A stretch of DNA of 64,000 nucleotides from Armatimonadota bacterium. GTDB lineage: Bacteria; Armatimonadota; Hebobacteria; GCA-020354555; CP070648. Position numbers and translations under genes: made by a program. Under the pieces are notes generated by a model. It was not told the origin of the DNA. It did no database searches and saw only the letters and a program-made list of their open reading frames with translations. Positions 9,617 through 18,523 of this stretch are shown in pieces (the stretch's first letter is position 1; each line of letters opens with the position of its first letter). Location of the stretch: the NCBI GenBank assembly GCA_020354555.1, contig CP070648.1:2544152-2608151 (forward strand), given 5' to 3'.

Positions 9617-9741
9617 TGCGACAAGGTCGTTGCGTTACCGGAGAGTCCCAGGCCGGGCCGATCATGCCCGAGGGCTGCATTGCGGAAGAGCTTCGGGCCC
9701 TGCGATGACAGCCGAAACTCCATAATTGCGTCACACGACCT

Positions 9742-12654
9742 ATGCTCTATCCTGCGGCGGCTTTCGCTATCGCTTTCGTCGTGACCCTCGGCGGCACAGC
9801 GCTGCTGCGCCGCCGGCTCGGGGCATTCGTCTCGCGCGAGGCCAAGCCGGGCAAGGAGAGGATTCACCGGCTGTTCCCCAAGCCGCGCAAGCCCCTCGGG
9901 GGCGGCGTCGGCATGATGGCGGCCTTCGCCGCCGGTACCCTGGTCGCGGCGTGGCTGCGCGGCGATCCGCCCCGGATGATTGAAGCCGCCCTCGTCATCG
10001 TCGCAGGTGCTTGGCTGTTCGCCGCCATCGGCATCGGCGATGACCTGCGCAAGGCGCGCGGGGCGGGCATGTCGGAGCGGAGCAAGTTGCTGCTGCAGAT
10101 TGCGGCGGGGCTCGCGCTCGGCCTCTACCTCAAGCTGCGCGTGATGGGCGCGGGCGACGTGTACGTCCCGCTCGTCCGCTACACGCTTCACACCGGATGG
10201 CTCTATGTCCCGTTCGCGGCGCTGGTGATTATCGCGACGGCCAACGGCGTCAACCTGGCGGACGGCGTGGACGGGCTCGCGGCGGGCAGTGTCGCGATCG
10301 CGGGGTTCGCTTACTTCGTCATCGGGTCGTTCTGGAACCCGCAGGTGATGGTCGCGGCCCCGGCGTTGACGGGGGCGTGCCTCGGCTTCCTGGTGCTGAA
10401 TTACCCGCCGGCGCGCGTGCTCATGGGCGACACGGGTGCGTTGGGCCTCGGCGCCGCGCTGGCCATGATGGCGCTGCTCTCGATGGGCGAGTGGGCGCTG
10501 GTGCTCATCGGCGGCGTGTTCGTAATTGACGCGATGTCTGTCATCCTCCAAACCGGAGCGATACGCCTGGTGCGCGGGCCGGTGCAACTCCTGCGCCACC
10601 GCACGACGGAGGCCTGGCGGCCGTTCCTGTGCACGCCGCTGCACCATCATTTTCAGTGGTTGGGCTGGCGCGAGCCGCGCATCCTTGCGTTGTTCTGGAG
10701 CGTCGGCTTGCTGCTCGTCCTGCTCGGGTTTGCCGACTACGCGCTGCGCGTGGATTGGCCATGGCTCGTCGGGCTGGGGGTGATGGCCGCCTTCCTGGCC
10801 GGGGCGGCGTGGCAGAAGGTGGCGCGCGCCAACTTCTTCCTCGGGCTCATGCCGTCGCAGGAAGGGGAGGACCTGCTCGCGCTGTTCCGCGGCATACCCG
10901 TGCGCCTGCTCGGCCGTAGGCTGTATCAGCCCTGCAAGGTGACGCCGATACCCGAGAGCGCGGTCGAGTCGGTGGCGGAGGAGAATCTGTGGCGGCCGAT
11001 GGGGGAGGTCGAGGCGGAGATCATCCTCGGCAAAGTCTACTGCGATCATAAGCTTTACGACCAGGCGATTGGGGAGTGGGAGCAGGTGCCGGTGCGCAAC
11101 TTGATGCTGCGCGAGGACGTCGTGCTGCGCCTGGCGCGGATCTACTACGCGCGCAATCGGATTCTCGACGCCGTGCGGCTGTGGGAGAGGCTGCCGTCGG
11201 CGCGACAGGACAACGGCGAAGGTCTGGGCTCGGTCGTGGCACGCGCCAAGGCCCGCCTCGCCGACCTCGCAGGCAAGTCCTATCGCCAGGCGATGCGCTC
11301 CGGTGTCCGCGCCGAACTGGCACAGGCGCGCCGACTCAACCAGGACCTGCTCGAACTCCTGGTTTACGAGCGGGAGAAGCTGGAGGCTCCTGGGGCAGGC
11401 GCCCAGGTGCCGCAGGCGACGCACGAGCGCGGCCTCTTCCGACGGATGGAGCGGGCGGTGCTGCGGCGCATCGGCGACCTCGACCAGCGACTGGAAACCC
11501 CGGCGCCCGCCGTGCGCGCCGTGCCGGCGGCCGCACTCGACGAGCAGACCGAGGCTGTCGCGCGTCGTCTCGGGATCAGCACACAGGAACTCGTCGAGGC
11601 CTTCGCCGCCTGTCCCTACGGAGTCCCTCGCCTGCGATGGTGCGAGGCGGTGGCCGGAGCGTCGCGCAACGAAATCTACCGCATGGAGGCGGAGTGGGCC
11701 GGCCCGGAGACCATGATCGCGAAGCGCTATGACCCGGCGCGCATTCAGTTCTTTTCGGCGTGCTACCGGCGGGAGGCCGAGGTCGTGCGCTTACTCCATC
11801 AGTACGCGGTCAGCGTGCCGGAGTTCTACGGAGGAGTGGATAACGAGAAGCGTGCGGTGGGGTTCTTCGAGGATCTCGGTGCGGTGACCCTCGCCGGGCG
11901 CCTACGCGAGAACAAGCGCGAGGCGCGAGCACGACTGCTGGAGGAGGCGGTCAGAGCGGTCGCGCGGATGCACGCCGTGGCGCGGCGCAACCTGCCGCGG
12001 CTTCGCGAGGAGATCCTGCGCATCGACAAGGAAGCATTGAGCGAGCGGTATTACATGGACGCGTTCCGCATCGCGCTCGAACGGCTCGTGGAGACCGCTG
12101 GCGCGGAGCTGTCCGCCGATGAGCGGCGGATTGTGGAGGGCCAACTGAGCGAAGTGGCGGCGACCCTCGCGACTCAGCCCAAGACATTCATCCACTTCGA
12201 GCTCACGCCGCATCATCTGGCGGTTCGCGGCGATGACTTCGTGGCGTTCGACTTCGAGCAGGCGACGCTCGGCCCGCCCGAGTTCGACCTCGTGACGCTG
12301 CTGCGCTCCCCGGACAGCGACTTGCAGGATTCGGAAATCGAGCGCCTGCTCGAACGCTATCGGCTGTGCATGACGGAGTCGGATCCCGATCCCCTGCCTC
12401 CTCGCGCGCCCGCAGCCGCAGACTACGCGGCATTGTTCAAGGGACTGTTCTACGCCGGGGCCGCGGCGAATTTCTGGCGCAAATTCGACGACGAGGCGTG
12501 GCTGACTCGCTTGCGCTGGTACCTCAAGGACTGGCAGGCCGTGGCGGCGCGCTACCCCGGGCTGGCGGAAGTGGGGCACATGCTGCGCTCCCGCTTCGGG
12601 CGCATGCCGCGCGCTTCGGGGCAGGGCAACGGCACAGGTGGCGGAGCGACCTAG
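9742..12654 (+). CDS. mraY: phospho-MurNAc-pentapeptide translocase (MraY) fused to TPR repeats and a C-terminal APH-type kinase-like domain
   Basis: MraY motifs are present: 'IGDDLRK', 'NGVNLADGVDGLAAG', 'VLMGDTGALGLG' and 'PLHHHFQWLGW'. The C-terminus shows 'GASRNEIYRM..MIAKRY', 'FFEDLG', 'FIHFELTPHHL' and 'AFDFEQATLG..FDLVTLL'. The whole is a single 970-codon frame. Confidence 0.8.
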   Translation: MLYPAAAFAIAFVVTLGGTALLRRRLGAFVSREAKPGKERIHRLFPKPRKPLGGGVGMMAAFAAGTLVAAWLRGDPPRMIEAALVIVAGAWLFAAIGIGDDLRKARGAGMSERSKLLLQIAAGLALGLYLKLRVMGAGDVYVPLVRYTLHTGWLYVPFAALVIIATANGVNLADGVDGLAAGSVAIAGFAYFVIGSFWNPQVMVAAPALTGACLGFLVLNYPPARVLMGDTGALGLGAALAMMALLSMGEWALVLIGGVFVIDAMSVILQTGAIRLVRGPVQLLRHRTTEAWRPFLCTPLHHHFQWLGWREPRILALFWSVGLLLVLLGFADYALRVDWPWLVGLGVMAAFLAGAAWQKVARANFFLGLMPSQEGEDLLALFRGIPVRLLGRRLYQPCKVTPIPESAVESVAEENLWRPMGEVEAEIILGKVYCDHKLYDQAIGEWEQVPVRNLMLREDVVLRLARIYYARNRILDAVRLWERLPSARQDNGEGLGSVVARAKARLADLAGKSYRQAMRSGVRAELAQARRLNQDLLELLVYEREKLEAPGAGAQVPQATHERGLFRRMERAVLRRIGDLDQRLETPAPAVRAVPAAALDEQTEAVARRLGISTQELVEAFAACPYGVPRLRWCEAVAGASRNEIYRMEAEWAGPETMIAKRYDPARIQFFSACYRREAEVVRLLHQYAVSVPEFYGGVDNEKRAVGFFEDLGAVTLAGRLRENKREARARLLEEAVRAVARMHAVARRNLPRLREEILRIDKEALSERYYMDAFRIALERLVETAGAELSADERRIVEGQLSEVAATLATQPKTFIHFELTPHHLAVRGDDFVAFDFEQATLGPPEFDLVTLLRSPDSDLQDSEIERLLERYRLCMTESDPDPLPPRAPAAADYAALFKGLFYAGAAANFWRKFDDEAWLTRLRWYLKDWQAVAARYPGLAEVGHMLRSRFGRMPRASGQGNGTGGGAT

Positions 12655-12766
12655 CCGGCGCTGCCTCGGGCCCCAATGGCGCGCCTGCGAACCGGGACCC
12701 CCTCGGGAAGCGTTCGAGGCGTTCCCGTCTCGGCGCGGGTTCAGCATATGGAGGAGCACCCCACAG

Positions 12767-13552
12767 ATGAGCGACGACGAGGTGGGCCGCTGCTGGGACG
12801 AGAACGCGGAGGTGTGGGCGCGGCACGTCCGCGCCGGCTACGATCACTACCGCGATCTCTACAACAACCCGGCGTTCTTCGAGTTCGTCGGTGACCTGGC
12901 GGGCCGGATGGTTCTTGACGCCGGCTGCGGCGAGGGCTACAACACCCGGCTCCTGGCGCGCCAGGGCGCGACGATGACCGGCGCGGATATCTCGACGAAG
13001 ATGATCGAGTTGGCCCGCGCGGAGGAGCAGCGCGAGCCGCTGGGGATACGGTATGAGGCCGCTTCGATCAGCGACCTGTCGCTGTTCGCCGACGCGACCT
13101 TCGACGCTGTGGTCTCCACAATGGCGCTGATGGACTGCGCCGATTACGAGGGCACGATTCGCGAGTTCCAGCGCGTTCTGCGACCGGGCGGCTTGCTCGC
13201 CTTCAACGTGTGTCACCCGTGCTTCACCTACGCGATTCGCGACTGGGACTACGATGAGAAGGGCGACGTCGTTGGCATTCGGCTCGGGGCGTACTTCCAG
13301 CGGGGCTCCCACGTCGAGCGCTGGCGGTTCGGCGCCGCACCCGACTCCGAGGATGCAGATCCGTTCACGGTGATCTACTTCCACCGGACGTTGGCAGAGT
13401 TCTTCAACCCCTTTTGCGCGGCTGGGTTCAGCATTGAAGCTGTCGCCGAGCCGCAGCCAACGGAAGAAGCGTGTCAGGCTGATCCACGGCTGCGCAAGCA
13501 CCGCCTCGTCCCGCAAACGCTCTGTGTCAAGGCGCGCAAGGCCGAGCGGTGA
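12767..13552 (+). CDS. class I SAM-dependent methyltransferase
   Basis: Motif I is 'VLDAGCGEGYNT', and 'RVLRPGGLL' is also present. ATG 12767 lies 10 nt after GGAGGAG. Confidence 0.85.
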   Translation: MSDDEVGRCWDENAEVWARHVRAGYDHYRDLYNNPAFFEFVGDLAGRMVLDAGCGEGYNTRLLARQGATMTGADISTKMIELARAEEQREPLGIRYEAASISDLSLFADATFDAVVSTMALMDCADYEGTIREFQRVLRPGGLLAFNVCHPCFTYAIRDWDYDEKGDVVGIRLGAYFQRGSHVERWRFGAAPDSEDADPFTVIYFHRTLAEFFNPFCAAGFSIEAVAEPQPTEEACQADPRLRKHRLVPQTLCVKARKAER

Positions 13553-13797
13553 GGAGGGTCGCCGGCAGGCGCAGTGACACAGGACGCGCGGCCCCGCTTG
13601 CGTGTGAACTGCGCAGAGGCAAATCCGCGCAGCGCGGACCTCATATGGCACCAGAGCGGCGCGTTCGGACGTGGATCATCGTGAGACCGTCGTGCGCGGT
13701 AGTGCCGGTTGCGCGGGGATGAACGAATCTGCCCGGCGCTGTGCCGAAATGCAGGGCGGGGACTCAGCAGGGCGCTCTGTCACCGCAGACACGCCTG

Positions 13798-14565
13798 CTA
13801 GGAACGGCGTCGGCGGCGCAGCCCGCCAAGCACTGCGAGGCCACCCGCCAAGAGCAGAATGCTCGTGGGCTCGGGAATCACCCGGGGGACTATGATGCCG
13901 TGGTGATGCTCCAGCAGCGGGATGCCGGCCGCCAAGGGCCACGCCGGGAACCCGCGCTTGCCTGCTTCAACCGCTTGCGCCAGAGGAACCTCGAGTGCCG
14001 CCGCGCGCGGCAACTCCACCAGCAGCGTGTACTCCTCGGGACAGTGAACCGCCGTCGCGCTGGGCATCTCGAACGTCGGCGCAACGGGGAGCGATACCAC
14101 CTGGGTATACTCTTCCGGCGCGTGAGTGCTGGGTGCTTCCCACGTTACCACGGGTGCGACTGTTGGGAGTTCTGTGACGATGGGGTTGGCGCACGCGTAT
14201 TTCATCAGCGGCGTTCCGTCGCTCAGGCCGAATACCTTGCCGCCCTTGCGGAAGTAATCGCGGCTCTTGTAGATCCGTCCCGTGCGGGTGACGCCGTAGA
14301 CCGGCCGCCAGCCGGACTCAGAGAACGTAATGACTTGGATGTTGTCACGCAGATACTTGACCAGATCCGCTTGCGAAACGTGGAAGTGCTTGGCGAGCCG
14401 CTGGCAAACGACCGCGTCACTCTCGACCTGCGCCACCAGCTCGTCTACCGTATAGGCGCGGTAGGGGACAAACGAATCCGGTCCGGTTCGTTCCTTGGCG
14501 GCGAGAGCAGGCAACGCCAAGAGGCCGAGCAGAACCACCGCCAGCAATCGCGCGGGCACTCTCAC
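13798..14565 (-). CDS. PEP-CTERM sorting-domain secreted protein
   Basis: It has an N-terminal signal peptide (LLAVVLLGLLALPALA). The C-terminus 'VIPEPTSILLLAGGLAVLGGLRRRRRS' gives PEP, a TM helix and an Arg cluster. Confidence 0.85.
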   Translation of the reverse strand: MRVPARLLAVVLLGLLALPALAAKERTGPDSFVPYRAYTVDELVAQVESDAVVCQRLAKHFHVSQADLVKYLRDNIQVITFSESGWRPVYGVTRTGRIYKSRDYFRKGGKVFGLSDGTPLMKYACANPIVTELPTVAPVVTWEAPSTHAPEEYTQVVSLPVAPTFEMPSATAVHCPEEYTLLVELPRAAALEVPLAQAVEAGKRGFPAWPLAAGIPLLEHHHGIIVPRVIPEPTSILLLAGGLAVLGGLRRRRRS

Positions 14566-15407
14566 TCGGCTGCCTCCAGGGCTTTGACGTCTACCGTGAC
14601 CCAGGCCGGTGCACCGAACCGCCCCGCTCCGTCACCCGCCCGCATCGTGAAGATGAGCCTGCCGGGCTCCTGCCCTTGGCCCTCCTCGTTCCGCGGCTCG
14701 AGCAAGACGTGAGTCTCAATCGGCAGTTTGGGGGAGACATAGGTCACTCGGCCGTCGCGGGTCAGGGTGTAGAAGAACTCTCTGACCGCGGGACCGGCGG
14801 AAACGAAGAACAACGTCGCCTTGGACACAGTCGTCGGGGCCGCGGCCTCTGTGAGTTGCTCGTCCGCCTTCGGATCACGTGACCGGATGGTGCAGGCCAG
14901 TCGTTCCTCGTCGGTCACGGGCGGACCGCTTTCCGCAGTCGCGCCGCCGAGGGCGCGCAGCAGGGGATCGGTCTCGGGGACGACGAGAAAAGTCGCGGTC
15001 GCGCTGTTCTCCATGGCATTCGGCTTCTTAGTTGCCGCCCATACTTCGACCATGTGATAACCGGCCTCGACGTCGGCGGTGTTGACCTTCACCCGCCATG
15101 GGGGCTCAGCCTTCGACGACAACTCATCGTTGTCGAGGCGCACCCGCAGTTCGGCCAACTCGGCCCCGCCGGTGGTGATCATCGGATTGATCGTCAACTC
15201 GTCGCCTTGCACTACCGGTAGTTCCTGCGCCCAATAGGTGGGAGGCTCTCCGGCGCGTTGGAAACTGCGCAGGTCTCCCTGCGGACTGCGCACCTCAAAC
15301 ACGACCTTGATTGCGGGCACGTAGGCTTTCTCGTCGGCCTGCGCGGACAAGGGCGCGACGCACAACAGGGTTGTCGCGACGACGGCACAAATAAGCCATT
15401 TCATCAT
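14562..15407 (-). CDS. secreted hypothetical protein with an Ig-like segment, translationally coupled to the PEP-CTERM gene
   Basis: It has a signal peptide 'MMKWLICAVVATTLLCVAPLSAQA' and an RBS GAGAGGTG upstream of ATG 15407. Its stop overlaps the downstream start by 4 nt (14562-14565). Confidence 0.6.
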   Translation of the reverse strand: MMKWLICAVVATTLLCVAPLSAQADEKAYVPAIKVVFEVRSPQGDLRSFQRAGEPPTYWAQELPVVQGDELTINPMITTGGAELAELRVRLDNDELSSKAEPPWRVKVNTADVEAGYHMVEVWAATKKPNAMENSATATFLVVPETDPLLRALGGATAESGPPVTDEERLACTIRSRDPKADEQLTEAAAPTTVSKATLFFVSAGPAVREFFYTLTRDGRVTYVSPKLPIETHVLLEPRNEEGQGQEPGRLIFTMRAGDGAGRFGAPAWVTVDVKALEAAE

Positions 15408-15439
15408 GTCGCACCAGCACCTCTCACTCATGTTTTACT

Positions 15440-15455
15440 AGCACGAATCGTGCCA
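15440..15455 (-). promoter_or_regulatory. candidate sigma54 (RpoN) -24/-12 promoter
   Basis: The minus strand reads TGGCACGATTCGTGCT against the consensus TGGCACG-N4-TTGCW, with a single mismatch in the defined positions. It lies about 35-50 nt upstream of ATG 15407. Confidence 0.5.
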
Positions 15456-15733
15456 AGCCCCTGCAAACGGGCGTTTCGGAGAGCAAAAAACGCCGCTCAC
15501 CGACGCCTGCCGCCCCACCCCTGGTCTTAATGCGGCATGATGGACGGATCTTCCTTCAACTCCAGCGGATTGCACCCGGGCGCGATCCGCCCAGTCCAAG
15601 ATCTCACCGTAAGCCAGACGCATCGCGGCCAAGTACCATCTCGGCGCACAGGCGCTGACGCCCGCGCGATCGCAGTGGTTGCCGATGAGCCGGGCCGATT
15701 CGTGACGGTGTCCGGTCGAGCTTCGTCCCGCAC

Positions 15734-15762
15734 TTGCGGCACTACCTGCGCTGTGGTATGAT
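15734..15762 (+). promoter_or_regulatory. sigma70-type promoter (TTGCGG-17-TATGAT, with a TG extension) for dgt
   Basis: TTGCGG at 15734-15739, a 17-nt spacer ending in TGG, then TATGAT at 15757-15762. Confidence 0.45.
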
Positions 15763-15879
15763 GCGCGGCGAGGCCTCACGGTATTACGCCGAGGCCTTCA
15801 CGCTCATGCGCAGGCCGGAGGCAGGCATGCAGCAGCGCCGCCCGTTTACCCCGACGACCGCACTTGGTGACGCCAAGCG

Positions 15880-16938
15880 ATGACGATCCGCGAGCAGACG
15901 GAGGAGTTGGAGGCTGAGCTGCTGTCACCTCGTGCTGCGAAGGCGGCGGCGAGCCGCGGGCGCGAGCGCGACGAACCAAGGTGTCCGCTGCGAACCGATT
16001 TCCAGCGCGACCGCGACCGCATTATCCACAGCAAGTCGTTCCGCCGCCTCACCTACAAGACCCAGGTCTTCATTGCCCCCGAGCGCGATCATTACCGCAC
16101 CAGGCTCACCCACACGCTCGAGGTAGCGCAGATCGCGCGCACCATCGCCCGAGCGCTGCGCCTCAACGAGGATCTGACCGAAGCCATCGCCCTCGGCCAT
16201 GATCTGGGTCATACTCCGTTTGGCCACGCGGGCGAGCAGGCGCTGGATCAGGCGTATCGCCGCTTCGATCCCGACGCTCGGTTCACCCATTGGCGGCAGA
16301 GCCTGCGCGTGGTGGAGGTCCTCGAAAACGACGGCCAGGGATTGAATCTGACGTGGGAGACGCGCGACGGCATTGCCCGGCACAGTAAAGGGCAGGACGA
16401 CCTTCCCCGCCACGGCGAGCAGCGCGGCGGCGACCAACCCGCAACCGTGGAGGGCAGAGTCGTCATGATCGCCGACCGCATCGCTTACATCAATCACGAC
16501 ATTGACGACTCCATTCGCGGGAACCTCATTGCCCTGAATGAGCTGCCCGAGCGCTGCCTGCGGGTGCTCGGCAACACGCATTCGCAGCGCATCACGACCA
16601 TGGTCGCCGACCTCGTCCATTACACTGCGGACGGCGACGACATCAAAATGGGAGAGGACGTCCTCGCGGCCACGAACGAGTTGAAGGACTTCCTGTTCGA
16701 GCGGGTGTACGGCGGCTCCCGCGCGGTACAGGGGCTGCGCAAGGTATCCGAAGTGGTGGGCAATCTCTTCCGCTACTACATGGAGAACTCGCACGGGATT
16801 CCCGGCGGCGCCCGCCCCGGCGAATCTCAGCCGGAGCTTGCTCGGCGGGTCTGCGATCACATCGCAGGCATGACGGACCGGTACGCGAAGCAGCAGTTCA
16901 TCACGCACTTCCTGCCCGAGGAGTGGCGGGCCGAGTAG
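15880..16938 (+). CDS. dgt: dGTP triphosphohydrolase-like HD-domain protein
   Basis: 'FQRDRDRIIHSKSFRRLTYKTQVF...RTRLTHTLEVAQIAR...LGHDLGHTPFGHAGE' is the classic dGTPase/HD signature. Confidence 0.9.
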   Translation: MTIREQTEELEAELLSPRAAKAAASRGRERDEPRCPLRTDFQRDRDRIIHSKSFRRLTYKTQVFIAPERDHYRTRLTHTLEVAQIARTIARALRLNEDLTEAIALGHDLGHTPFGHAGEQALDQAYRRFDPDARFTHWRQSLRVVEVLENDGQGLNLTWETRDGIARHSKGQDDLPRHGEQRGGDQPATVEGRVVMIADRIAYINHDIDDSIRGNLIALNELPERCLRVLGNTHSQRITTMVADLVHYTADGDDIKMGEDVLAATNELKDFLFERVYGGSRAVQGLRKVSEVVGNLFRYYMENSHGIPGGARPGESQPELARRVCDHIAGMTDRYAKQQFITHFLPEEWRAE

Positions 16939-17002
16939 CCCCGCCGCGCGATGGTGCGCGCGGTGCCCACACCGCGCGCGGGAGTCTATCGCCTTCGCTC
17001 GC

Positions 17003-17032
17003 TTGACCCCGCATTTCCGGCGCTGCTATAAT
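17003..17032 (+). promoter_or_regulatory. sigma70-type promoter (TTGACC-18-TATAAT) for ahcY
   Basis: TTGACC at 17003-17008 and TATAAT at 17027-17032. This leaves a leader of about 125 nt before ATG 17166. Confidence 0.55.
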
Positions 17033-17153
17033 CCGACCGTCTCCCGCCTGCCGCGATAGTGCGCGAACCGAGGGGTGACTTGCCCGCGCTGCGCGTTGCG
17101 GATGCGGACGTCGTCGCTCTGCTGCACAGGACTGGAGCTATTCCCGACGATGA

Positions 17154-18422
<1,269 letters not shown>

Positions 18423-18523
18423 GCTCGGTCGCGGTCGGCCGCACGGCGCCTTGAGAGCGAGTACGAGGCGCCCGGTCGGCGGGCCCGCAAGGTTCGGACT
18501 ATTGACGACGGCCGACAGACGTC

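Noticed and set aside
9589-11424. Long antisense or alternative-frame ORFs throughout the track. Examples are 9589-11424(-), 7357-9180(-), 4701-5909(+), 16986-18299(-), 19031-20104(-), 39122-40291(-), 46641-48269(-), 53191-54714(+) and 58353-59918(+).
   Set aside because: Each lies opposite or out of frame to a gene with clear family motifs. Their translations are Arg/Ala/Gly/Pro-rich with no recognisable domains, and they lack RBSs. Long stop-free frames of this kind are expected in GC-rich DNA.
15880-16938. The dGTPase as an anti-phage dNTP-depletion defence gene.
   Set aside because: It is the standard housekeeping Dgt-like architecture with its own sigma70 promoter, next to ahcY. No defence-island neighbours are present.
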